A stretch of 32,000 bases of DNA from Candidatus Heimdallarchaeota archaeon (GTDB lineage: Archaea; Asgardarchaeota; Heimdallarchaeia; JABLTI01), in contig JAUWKS010000011.1 of the NCBI GenBank assembly GCA_030614005.1, positions 34,498 through 66,497 of the forward strand. Direction: 5' to 3'. Shown piece by piece: positions 1 to 8,707 of this stretch (positions are counted from its first letter, which is position 1; each line of letters begins with the position of its first letter). Position numbers and translations under genes: made by a program. The notes beneath the pieces were generated by a model that was not told the origin of the DNA, ran no database searches, and saw only the letters and a program-made list of their open reading frames with translations.

Positions 1-31
1 TTCAAACCTTAGTTATAGATGTATATAGATA

Positions 32-121
32 TTAGATACCAAGTGTCAATAATAATTCATTTCGTATTTTTTCTAAGTCTTTCTTTACTTGTTTTCGTAC
101 TTTTTCTTTCTGAGTTATCAT
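32..121 (-). CDS. Small hypothetical protein, 29 aa (MITQKEKVRKQVKKDLEKIRNELLLTLGI); not in the supplied ORF track
   Basis: ATG at 121-119 and TAA at 34-32 on the minus strand. GGTGA Shine-Dalgarno (134-130) lies 8 nt upstream of the ATG. Helical, Lys/Glu-rich sequence with a hydrophobic C-terminus. Confidence 0.5.
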   Translation of the reverse strand: MITQKEKVRKQVKKDLEKIRNELLLTLGI

Positions 122-149
122 TTTTTCTTTCACCTTAATTTTTTTTCTG

Positions 150-169
150 TGAACTTTATCTTAAGTTCA
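150..169. promoter_or_regulatory. Operator-like inverted repeat TGAACTT-N6-AAGTTCA in the putative promoter of the small ORF
   Basis: Perfect 7-bp arms (150-156, 163-169), about 30-50 nt upstream of the small ORF start and overlapping an AT-rich TATA-like stretch. Confidence 0.35.
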
Positions 170-181
170 ATTACTACTGTA

Positions 182-221
182 GTGGTCACATTATAATAAT
201 TAAGTGAGAAATAGTGACCAC
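182..221. repeat. Inverted repeat GTGGTCAC-N24-GTGACCAC (hairpin or operator) between the GH38 stop and the small ORF
   Basis: Perfect 8-bp GC-rich arms (182-189, 214-221) in a very AT-rich intergenic region. The stem extends by ATT/AAT with one bulge. Confidence 0.45.
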
Positions 222-274
222 CAAAAATAGGTGCAAAAAATAAAAAAAAATAAAATTTCAAAGTGTATTGAAAA

Positions 275-3091
275 TCAGTCAATTCGTAATAATTTAATTT
301 CGAAGGGATTGAATGTTAATGTACACATGTTCTTTGAAATTTCAGAACTTTGTTTTATTGTCCCGTCAATTTTTACATCAATGAATTTACTAAACTGTTT
401 ATGAAATTTTATTCCAGATTGTATACTCTCAGAAGACAAATTGAAAATTAACACTTGAAGTTTTCCATCACGAATTCTCATTGAAGACAATCTTAAATTC
501 TGGTTTTCAATTTCAATTAATGGTTTTGTTAAATCTTTTAAAGGCATGCTGTCTTTAAAAACAACATTTTGCGTTTCCAGACAGAATGCTTCAGAGTGAT
601 CTGCACTGAACGTTATTGGCTTCTCCTTTGAATGACACAAGAAGCTGTATCTAAATTGATACTCTTGTCCTAATTCTTGTGCTCCTGGTGTTTCTAAATA
701 TGGACCTGCATGTATTGGTCTCTCTGGGAAATCTGATCTCGAGAGAAACCCAATAGAACGAATAAGAGTTAAAGCTAAAATCGATTTATCTACCAATTCA
801 ACTTCTGGTAATCCTTTGTTTATTAGCGTAAATGCAGTCTGGTCTTTTTCTTCTGATTCCACTCGAATGAATCGTTTTTGTGGTTGTATCCCCGATGGCT
901 GCTCAACTGCATCTTTGTTTTCAATAGCTTTTCCAAGTCTCTCTGTGTAACCAAAATGTGTTGATGTTAAGGTATTTGTCGTTTCAAAAGGCATCGGAAA
1001 ACAAATTCTAAATCTGTGGTCCTTTGCTGTATTGACAAGTTTGGTAGTGATATCTATTCTTGGTAAATCTCTATAAAATCGGAATACTGTTGTAATGATT
1101 ACTTTTGTTTTACCTATTCTCTTTTCTCGTTTTTCGTTAACTTTCTTAAAGGTATTAAAAATTAATTCTTGAGTTATTTCACTTACGAGTGCTCCTTTCA
1201 ATGTAATTCTCCTTTTAACCTTTGATACTTTCGTGACAAGTGGGCCTAGACGTCCAAATGTGTACTCATCTCCACGATCACCCCAATCTTCAAAATAATG
1301 GAGATTGCTAAATTCTCTTTCTAATCCTTTATCGTACAAATTCAACGAGCCATTTTTATTAAATGTAACATCAAAGAATTGATTGCTTACAGAATTTTTA
1401 GTTATTGTTATCGGATTTGTATCAGCTTTTTTAGCTTCTCTTTTCAAAGTTACTTTTGAAAATGACCAAGGATTCAAAGGTAACAAAGCTATGTAAGATT
1501 GTTTACTTCCTAAAGATACTTTGACATGAAACTTTTTGAATTCCTTCCTATCTAATATTTCAATCGCTTGATGCTGCATTGCTTTAACATCAAATTCTCC
1601 AATTGGTTCCTTACCACAAATCAATGAAATATCTAACACTGTAGGATCAGTATATCTTGGAGCAAATGATACTTCATTAATGTAAATATCCATTAGCCTT
1701 CTACCGGGTAGCATTTTCAAACCTGCTCGAGTGATTAATGGACTCATAGTGCTTTCAAAAAAGATATCTTCTGATGAAGTTATAGCTTGAATGTTGTATT
1801 TCTCTCCCGTTGGTGTTTCGATTGATTTGATTTCATTGTCATCCAAAGAAAATTCCACACACATTGGTATCTTTGCATTATTAGTTGGATTGAAGAGCAA
1901 ACCTGAAGAATCACTTTTCTTTGTTTCCATTTTTTGTATCATTTCAAGTGAATCCTGAATTACAGATTCAACGATACCTTCTGCCCATGAATAGCGCGAT
2001 TTCATCTCATCGTGTGTTTTATCGACTGAACATCCACATATAGAATCATGTGGTTGATTTTTTAGTAACCATTTCCAAGCGAGATTCAAATATGAAGTTG
2101 GATATTCTTTAGCCAGATAAAAATGTAAAATTGCGCTTATTGGTTCTCCATGATGGATCAACAAATCTTCAATTTTTGTATCCCATTGTTTTATCCACAT
2201 TCTTGCAGAATATGTATCCTGTAATAAGGGTGCTTTAACTGATGAGCGAAACTCCCCATAATAAATTGCTGGTGAGTATTTTTCACAAGCAATCAAATCT
2301 TGTAGTTTGAGTATATACTCTTCCATTAGACCTATTCTTAGCTTCAATTTGTCATTTGATAATTTTGGTATTTGTTCAATCAAAAACGTTTGAGGTAACT
2401 GGTGATCTGTACCATTCATTAGAAGATAATAAGGAAATGGTGAATAAGGTTTCAACTCTTTTATTTTCTCATCAATTAGCTCCTTTACTAATTCAATATT
2501 ATCAGATAAGCCTGCAAAATTGCCATAGCTAAAGGGAAGATAGTTGCCTAAAATTTGACTCTTTGATTTTGGGTGACTTTTCCAAATAAAAGGAACTTTT
2601 GTAATTTCAGGACCAACACCTCTCCACATAACTGTTGCTGTAAAATTAGTTAAATCCGATAAAAGCTGTGGAATGGCTCGAGTATGACCGAATTGGTCTG
2701 GTAAATAACCGACTTGCATCTGAGGGATATCTAAACTACTTGCTAGATCAAAACTCACTTCAAGATTGCGGATTAAACTTTCTTGACCTACTAACCATTC
2801 ATCTGGAAGAATGTACCAAGGTCCAACAGAAATCTTTTTTTCACGTATTAATTTGAGGAGTCTTTCTCTATTTTCAGGTCGTATTTCGAAGTAATCTTCA
2901 AGAACAATTGTTTGCCCATCAAGCATAAAATAATACTCTTTCTTCTCCATTATCTCGAGTAATTCATCAATTAATTTAACGAGTTTGTATCTAAAGTGTT
3001 GAAATGGCAAATACCACTCTCTGTCCCAATGTGTACTTGGTATAATTATTACTTCAGCACTTTCTTGATCAGCTTGGTTCTTTTTACTCAC
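275..3091 (-). CDS. Glycoside hydrolase family 38 alpha-mannosidase (MngB-like), cytoplasmic
   Basis: N-terminal STHWDREWY (Zn-binding H-x-D), LDGQ, VGPWYILPDEWL, nucleophile motif YLPDQFGH, NGTDHQ and middle-domain QPHDSICGCS. GTG start with upstream GGAG; no signal peptide. Confidence 0.93.
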   Translation of the reverse strand: MSKKNQADQESAEVIIIPSTHWDREWYLPFQHFRYKLVKLIDELLEIMEKKEYYFMLDGQTIVLEDYFEIRPENRERLLKLIREKKISVGPWYILPDEWLVGQESLIRNLEVSFDLASSLDIPQMQVGYLPDQFGHTRAIPQLLSDLTNFTATVMWRGVGPEITKVPFIWKSHPKSKSQILGNYLPFSYGNFAGLSDNIELVKELIDEKIKELKPYSPFPYYLLMNGTDHQLPQTFLIEQIPKLSNDKLKLRIGLMEEYILKLQDLIACEKYSPAIYYGEFRSSVKAPLLQDTYSARMWIKQWDTKIEDLLIHHGEPISAILHFYLAKEYPTSYLNLAWKWLLKNQPHDSICGCSVDKTHDEMKSRYSWAEGIVESVIQDSLEMIQKMETKKSDSSGLLFNPTNNAKIPMCVEFSLDDNEIKSIETPTGEKYNIQAITSSEDIFFESTMSPLITRAGLKMLPGRRLMDIYINEVSFAPRYTDPTVLDISLICGKEPIGEFDVKAMQHQAIEILDRKEFKKFHVKVSLGSKQSYIALLPLNPWSFSKVTLKREAKKADTNPITITKNSVSNQFFDVTFNKNGSLNLYDKGLEREFSNLHYFEDWGDRGDEYTFGRLGPLVTKVSKVKRRITLKGALVSEITQELIFNTFKKVNEKREKRIGKTKVIITTVFRFYRDLPRIDITTKLVNTAKDHRFRICFPMPFETTNTLTSTHFGYTERLGKAIENKDAVEQPSGIQPQKRFIRVESEEKDQTAFTLINKGLPEVELVDKSILALTLIRSIGFLSRSDFPERPIHAGPYLETPGAQELGQEYQFRYSFLCHSKEKPITFSADHSEAFCLETQNVVFKDSMPLKDLTKPLIEIENQNLRLSSMRIRDGKLQVLIFNLSSESIQSGIKFHKQFSKFIDVKIDGTIKQSSEISKNMCTLTFNPFEIKLLRID

Positions 3092-3312
3092 TATTTACAT
3101 TTCTCCGGAAAATTCATTTCATAATCTTACTTTGACTGAATAGCTTCATTCAAAGATACTCTCAAATTATTTTCTCTAACCATTAACTAATCACCAATAA
3201 CAATTAAAAAAATTGCTGCTATAAATTTCTCTTTTCAAAACCACATTCTTACACTTAGATTATTAAGAATAAATGATTTATAATTTAGCATAACACTCAA
3301 GATGGTTACACG

Positions 3313-4179
3313 ATGGTTGAAATTACTGAACAGAATGGTTATTTTCAAACCTTTGATAGTATGGAGATGTATTATCATTGTTGGCTACCAACAGAATCTG
3401 AAGAAAAGAAAACAAAAGCAGTTTTTGTTGGAATTCATGGTGGAGAAACACACGCTCAAACCTTGAGAACTGTTGCTGAGTACTTTTCAAGTAAAGGTTA
3501 TCCCTTTTATGCTTTTGATCGTAGAGGGCATGGACATTGTGAGAAAAATGATCGAATGTATGTCAAAGATTACAATTATGTTGTTGAAGACATTAAAGCA
3601 TTCATCAATTTTGTTAAGGAAAAAGAAGAAGCCGAAAAAATCTATCTTATTGCCCACAGCAATGGAGGAGCATATGCAATTATTGCTGCAACAAGATTTC
3701 CTGAAATAATTGATAAGCTAATTCTCTCATCTCCAAGTATAAAATTGGTTGGAAATGATTTTGCCATGTTTATTCAAAAAACAGCAGTTAGCTTTTTGGG
3801 AACAATAGCGCCAAAACTAACTTTGCCTACAGTTATTAAACCTGAAGAATTAGTAAAAGATTCCGATATACTTGAAAATCGATTTCGAGATGAACTTATT
3901 TATAGAAGATTTACTAGTCGATGGGGTCGCGAGTTAATTAGGTTTCAAAAGGATGCTGATAAAAACATTCATCGTTTAGATGTTCCAACTTTATTCCTGA
4001 TAGGAACAGATGATCGTATTGTTGATTCTTACTATACTATGAAGAAATTCGAAACCATTGATCAAAAAGATAAAATGAAACTAAATATCTACGAAGATTA
4101 TTGGCATGAACTCTTTAATGAATTGCCTGAAAAAAGAGTCAAAGTATTCCAAGACGTTGAAGAATTCATAGAACTATAA
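3313..4179 (+). CDS. Alpha/beta hydrolase, lysophospholipase/monoacylglycerol lipase-like
   Basis: HGGGE-like oxyanion segment (IHGGETH), FDRRGHG, nucleophile elbow AHSNGG, catalytic Asp in GTDDRIV and His in WHELFNE. Confidence 0.9.
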   Translation: MVEITEQNGYFQTFDSMEMYYHCWLPTESEEKKTKAVFVGIHGGETHAQTLRTVAEYFSSKGYPFYAFDRRGHGHCEKNDRMYVKDYNYVVEDIKAFINFVKEKEEAEKIYLIAHSNGGAYAIIAATRFPEIIDKLILSSPSIKLVGNDFAMFIQKTAVSFLGTIAPKLTLPTVIKPEELVKDSDILENRFRDELIYRRFTSRWGRELIRFQKDADKNIHRLDVPTLFLIGTDDRIVDSYYTMKKFETIDQKDKMKLNIYEDYWHELFNELPEKRVKVFQDVEEFIEL

Positions 4180-4201
4180 GATTTGCTAAAAGTGAAAAGA
4201 A

Positions 4202-4224
4202 GAAGTGGTTTCAAATTCCACTTC
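4202..4224. terminator. Hairpin between convergent genes, possible bidirectional terminator
   Basis: GAAGTGG (4202-4208) / CCACTTC (4218-4224), a 7-bp stem in the 52-nt gap between two stop codons. Confidence 0.45.
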
Positions 4225-4231
4225 ATAAATT

Positions 4232-5026
4232 TTATTTTCCATTTTTACTTGATTGAACATCTGTACAGATAAAAGCATTGTAATGTTTTGGTTTTGTGAA
4301 ACCTAGCTTTAGAGCTAATTTTGCTGAGATTTCATTATCTGCATCCCAATGTGGTGTCAATCCTCTTTCTAGGCTTTCTTTGAGTAAAGCTGCGGAAGCA
4401 ATAGTAGCAAATCCTTTTCGACGATATTTTGGGTCATCATCTGTTAATACCTGGATTTCAAACTCATCATCAAAAATAGGCATTGCAGCCGCTACAATAC
4501 AAACTACTTTTTCTCCTTCTTTAATACAATAAGCCAAACCTCGATGAACGAAAGCTTCTGGAGAGTCAAACCAAGGTAGAAATGCCGCCGCAAGTTTGAT
4601 ATTCAAATTATAGACTGTTTCAACATCTACTTTGTGTAAAGTAAACCCATCTGCAAGTTCTTTTTCAAGTAATTTGTTCAAATGTTCTATGTTTAATTTT
4701 GAAGAAGAAAACTTGATCCGTGGATACGGAGTGAGATTTATCTGACTCATTGCAAATTTTGCCCATTCTTCATTTGGAAAAATAACCAAACGATTTTCTC
4801 GTATATTTTCTAATATTGCTTTTGCGTGAATGGATTTAACATTACCCGTTACAATTTCAAAGACCTTATAGGACATTAAGGCAACTTGTGGGTTTTTAAT
4901 ATCATCAACTAATATCCTGCCATTCCCTTCTCTTAAAACGGTTTTTGAAACAATGAACAGATAAGCATTCTGTTCGAATAAAGGGATGAGGGTAGTTTGA
5001 TTTTTAGCTGGAAATTCAATTAACAT
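4232..5026 (-). CDS. GNAT family N-acetyltransferase
   Basis: C-terminal GNAT fold with FEIQVLT...YRRKGFAT (acetyl-CoA motif A), PHWDADNEISAKLALKLGF. GTGAT SD upstream of the ATG. Confidence 0.85.
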   Translation of the reverse strand: MLIEFPAKNQTTLIPLFEQNAYLFIVSKTVLREGNGRILVDDIKNPQVALMSYKVFEIVTGNVKSIHAKAILENIRENRLVIFPNEEWAKFAMSQINLTPYPRIKFSSSKLNIEHLNKLLEKELADGFTLHKVDVETVYNLNIKLAAAFLPWFDSPEAFVHRGLAYCIKEGEKVVCIVAAAMPIFDDEFEIQVLTDDDPKYRRKGFATIASAALLKESLERGLTPHWDADNEISAKLALKLGFTKPKHYNAFICTDVQSSKNGK

Positions 5027-5159
5027 TGTTAATCACTAACTTACATTCCATTGCTCCTTAAAAAAATATAGTTATTTTCTGGTTTGACACAGTAAAAAAG
5101 AGGCAAAGTTAAATGTGTATTTGAACATTCTCAAAAGTTGAGAAGAGGGAAAAGAAAGT

Positions 5160-6881
5160 CTATTTATCCCAGAATTTCTTTTCAGTATCTCTTGATTTTA
5201 CTTTGTTTTCCGGATCTGATACTAGAGCTACAGTTTCACCATATTTTGAAGATGATTTTCTCTCTCTAAATTGCACTAAAATTGGGATTCGGAGTGCAGC
5301 ACCTGAAAGAACGCCTGTTCCTCTCTCAAGATAAGGTAATAATCCAACATACCGTTCAGCAAATCCAGCAAGAATATCTTTAGCAACTAGGATATCTGAT
5401 TGTTCAGTAATTCTTAGAATAAGTTTAGAGTTACATTGTGAAAGAATGTCTCTATCTAGACCACTAGGTCTTTGACTTACAATACCCAAACCAGCACCCA
5501 TTTTTCGTCCTTCTCGAGCGAACCATTCAATGGAACGTTTTGTTATTGATTCTCCTATTGGAATAAAACGATGTGCTTCTTCAATTAATAGAAAGACTCT
5601 TTGAATTTCCTTGCTTTCCATTGTTCTTCTCAACCGATTTAAGTAACTCGAGACGAAAATCCTTCTCGCACGCTCATCCATGCCTGGTTGACTAACATCT
5701 AAAATTGTTATTTGTTCTGCAGAGAAATTATTCTTTACGCTGGATAAATTACTCAAATCTTTCTTTTTATCTTGGCTTTCTACTCGGCGGTACCTTGCAT
5801 CGTATTCTTGTATGATTGAACCTGAAAGATGACAGATGGCCCCATTCAATTCGGTGAAAAAGCCCATTTTTCTAAACACTTCAAGCTTTCGGATAATTGG
5901 TTTTCGACTGCTACCATCAATAATATTGTTCTCTATCCCGAATCCCAAGAAGCCGTCTATGTCATAACATATTCCAAATCCGAAAGTATCTCTAATGCCA
6001 TACCAAGTATTTTCAAGCTTTTCTTTTTGAGGACTAGTTAAATCGTACATAAAATTAAACATTTCAGAAGTAGATATCTCTGAAAAAAGCATAGTAACAG
6101 GTTCAAAAGTAAAATTGCTAGCTAGTTTCTTAGACATTTTTTCCATGGAGCTGAAATACCTGGGGTGATAACGATTTGGATATAATACTTTGACGAAATA
6201 TTTCGGCAAAGATGCTGCCCCTTTTGGTCCTTTAGTATGAGAAAGTCCCCAATATTCACCATGAGGGTCAACAATTAAAGTAGGTAAACCAAACTCTGAA
6301 AACTCTTCAATGATTACTCCAGCAGCATAAGATTTTCCACTGCCTCTAGAACCAAAAATGGCTAAACCATCTGAACCCAAAGTGTTTGGATTTAACTTAA
6401 CATCCATTTCTCCCGAGTGTTCAGCAAAGAAACCGATGTCCATTGCACCTTTTTCTTTTCCAAATACTGCCAACTTTAGTAAATCATCTCTGCATTCAAA
6501 TACCATTGAACCCGGACTAACCCAAGCATTTGGAGTTGAAAGGTCTCCATCATGGGAAATATTTGAAACTAGAATTACTTCAACAACATGGAATTCAGTA
6601 AATTCCAACATTGATCTCGACTCAAGGGAGCGTCGAAGTCTATCCATCCAGAATTTTGCATACCGTTCATCACTCAATTGAGGATTCTCAGCACGAATAG
6701 TGATTATCCTACCAATCAAAGTATTTCCATTAGCTAATGGAATACTAACGAAATTTCCCTCAACGATGTCTTCATGTTCTACATTTTCATCTAAACGCAC
6801 AATTATCCGTTCTTGATCAGATGAAACACCTAAGACAAATCCAATTTTTTTTGCAGGTTCTGGCAATGAATTAACCACCAT
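5160..6881 (-). CDS. HerA/FtsK-family ATPase with N-terminal HAS-barrel-like domain
   Basis: Walker A GSRGSGKS, IVDPHGEY, Walker B LLIEEAHRF, AREGRKMG arginine-finger motif, SQRP and SQCNS. The N-terminal beta-rich region (IGFVLG...GNFVSI...IGRIITI) resembles a HAS barrel. No transmembrane segment. Confidence 0.88.
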   Translation of the reverse strand: MVVNSLPEPAKKIGFVLGVSSDQERIIVRLDENVEHEDIVEGNFVSIPLANGNTLIGRIITIRAENPQLSDERYAKFWMDRLRRSLESRSMLEFTEFHVVEVILVSNISHDGDLSTPNAWVSPGSMVFECRDDLLKLAVFGKEKGAMDIGFFAEHSGEMDVKLNPNTLGSDGLAIFGSRGSGKSYAAGVIIEEFSEFGLPTLIVDPHGEYWGLSHTKGPKGAASLPKYFVKVLYPNRYHPRYFSSMEKMSKKLASNFTFEPVTMLFSEISTSEMFNFMYDLTSPQKEKLENTWYGIRDTFGFGICYDIDGFLGFGIENNIIDGSSRKPIIRKLEVFRKMGFFTELNGAICHLSGSIIQEYDARYRRVESQDKKKDLSNLSSVKNNFSAEQITILDVSQPGMDERARRIFVSSYLNRLRRTMESKEIQRVFLLIEEAHRFIPIGESITKRSIEWFAREGRKMGAGLGIVSQRPSGLDRDILSQCNSKLILRITEQSDILVAKDILAGFAERYVGLLPYLERGTGVLSGAALRIPILVQFRERKSSSKYGETVALVSDPENKVKSRDTEKKFWDK

Positions 6882-6979
6882 TAAATCAAACAGACTCTTC
6901 TTTAATTTAACTTTCTGATTAAATTAAATAAATGCTCGCTTTTTCAACTAAAAATCAAAAATGATGATTTATTGCTAAA

Positions 6980-7288
6980 TCATCTATTCACAAGGTAATA
7001 ATAGAACCACTTAATGTTCTTAAAATAATTATGAATAGTTTCTTTTATTGAAATTTCAATTGAATTATTGCAACTTGAAGAGCAAGAATCGCTACAAGAT
7101 TCACTACATGACTCACCACAAGAAGTGCCACAACTTGTACAACATCCTTGAATTGCACCAGTTATTGCAAGCACAACTAAAACAATAATTGTAACTACAA
7201 CTACAATTGGTAAAATAATAGCAAAGATAATTATGAGAATTCTTTTCTTTCGCTTCTTTTTTAATTCTGGATTTAAATCTTCAGGCAT
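6980..7288 (-). CDS. Cys-rich single-pass membrane protein, paralog 2 (102 aa from ATG 7288)
   Basis: KKKRKKR, then a ~27-residue hydrophobic helix, then CCTSCGTSCGESCSESCSDSCSSSCNN (8 Cys) and an aromatic amphipathic C-terminal helix. The ATG start is preferred over the longer ORF-track start. Confidence 0.8.
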   Translation of the reverse strand: MPEDLNPELKKKRKKRILIIIFAIILPIVVVVTIIVLVVLAITGAIQGCCTSCGTSCGESCSESCSDSCSSSCNNSIEISIKETIHNYFKNIKWFYYYLVNR

Positions 7289-7378
7289 TTTTTTTACCCT
7301 AATAATAACTAAAGAGAATGAAAGCGCCAATTATTAAAAAAGTTTTACTAACGATAGTAAACAAATCTGAAAGGGATT

Positions 7379-7867
7379 TTAGAATCTAAAAATCCCTAAT
7401 AAATAACTAAAAATCCATTTTACAAGTTTCAGTTGCGCATTAATTGTTTCTTTTAGAGATATTGTTGCAATGCTATTGTTACAATCACAGGTGCAATTAT
7501 CACATGAACTTTGACAAGCATTATCACAACTATTTGAACAGCTTTCAGAACAGCTGTCACCACATGAGTTACAACAGTTCTCACCACATGAGGTACAACA
7601 GCTTTCCATCATACCAATAGCTGCTAATACTATAATTACGACAACTCCAACAACAAGAAGTATAGGTAAAATGATTGCAAAAATGATAATTAACCATATT
7701 TTCCTGCGTTTTTTCTTCTTCATTAGATCTTCGCTTTCGATAATTTCGCTTTCTCCACCAAATCCTTGGTGTTCTATTGGTGGGGGAGTGAACTGTTCCT
7801 CTGAGGTATCTGGTAATTTCTCCTCAGTATCATCAAAAGGATTATCAAATTGATCTTCTTTAGACAT
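7379..7867 (-). CDS. Cys-rich single-pass membrane protein, paralog 1 (162 aa from ATG 7867)
   Basis: Acidic/Pro-rich N-terminus, KKKKRRK, transmembrane helix, 14 Cys mostly at 4-residue spacing, and an amphipathic C-terminal helix. Clearly homologous to 6980-7288 (IIIFAIILPI; CNNSI...S[LI]KETI). AGGA SD precedes the ATG. Confidence 0.82.
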   Translation of the reverse strand: MSKEDQFDNPFDDTEEKLPDTSEEQFTPPPIEHQGFGGESEIIESEDLMKKKKRRKIWLIIIFAIILPILLVVGVVVIIVLAAIGMMESCCTSCGENCCNSCGDSCSESCSNSCDNACQSSCDNCTCDCNNSIATISLKETINAQLKLVKWIFSYLLGIFRF

Positions 7868-7993
7868 TTTTTGCAATCCTATAAATTGTAATTTTATAAA
7901 CTCAAATATGTTAACTGCTAATTGTTAATCTTCATTGGTTAACAATTAATAATTATTTTGTATAAATACAGTAAAAAGATTAGCTGTGATGAT

Positions 7994-8707
7994 TTAGGTT
8001 GTTTTTTTGCCCTTAGTTTGAGCTTGTTTCTGTGCTTTTTGTAGTTCTTCATCTACTATTTCATGCACTTTTCGAATTCGAATGTTTGTATTTCGTATTG
8101 GTTCACAAGGTGGATCACTATTAGCTAAAGGACAATCGATACATTCTTGTCTATTTGCATTATGTCCTCTACTCATACCATATAATTGATTACCTGCTAA
8201 TAACAGCATAGAAAGTATAATGCTTAACCACCAATAATATTTGAAGACAGCAACAATAATCGCTCCAAATGCTCCTATGCCAAACCCAGCTGAAAATCGA
8301 AAGATTGATTTCAACCATTTGTTCTTGACTCTTAGGAAGAGATGACTAATTGACAAACCAAAACCGGCAAAAGGAAGGATGCTTATTACATAGATATTGT
8401 ATCTGAAAACTGAGGGAACAGCCAAGAATAAAATAAGGTACAACAATATCGCAGAATAGATACTCGTACAACCTATACAGAAAATAAACGAGCCGATTTT
8501 AAAATAATGATTTTCATATCTGCTGCAAGCTGGGTGATGCCCTAGAACTTTCCAAGCACGTATTTTAAAGATCAACCACATTGCATGAAAAGGAGTTCTC
8601 TTCTTAAGCTCAACTTCTTCTGACATATATGGACTAAATACTTCTTCTGTTGCAATGCTTGCCTCTGATTTTACTTCGGATAGTTCTTCAGCGTTCATAT
8701 TAATCAA
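7994..8707 (-). CDS. DUF2085-like integral membrane protein with His/Cys motifs
   Basis: GHHPAC-x4-HYF-x7-CIGCTSIY resembles the DUF2085 pattern (CHQ...CxRCxGIY). About 4 TM helices follow, then C-terminal CIDCP-x6-C. Start is TTG 8707 or ATG 8698. Confidence 0.6.
   Translation of the reverse strand: MINMNAEELSEVKSEASIATEEVFSPYMSEEVELKKRTPFHAMWLIFKIRAWKVLGHHPACSRYENHYFKIGSFIFCIGCTSIYSAILLYLILFLAVPSVFRYNIYVISILPFAGFGLSISHLFLRVKNKWLKSIFRFSAGFGIGAFGAIIVAVFKYYWWLSIILSMLLLAGNQLYGMSRGHNANRQECIDCPLANSDPPCEPIRNTNIRIRKVHEIVDEELQKAQKQAQTKGKKTT

Noticed and set aside
3089-3106. ATG-TAA minimal upstream ORF in frame just before the GH38 GTG start (GGAGAA ATG TAA ATA GTG on the minus strand)
   Set aside because: The ATG is only 2 nt from the GGAG, too close for SD-led initiation, while spacing to the GTG is plausible. 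Most likely coincidental.
6961-7020. ATGATGA as a C box of a C/D sRNA
   Set aside because: No CTGA D box at a suitable distance, and the region runs into the end of a CDS.
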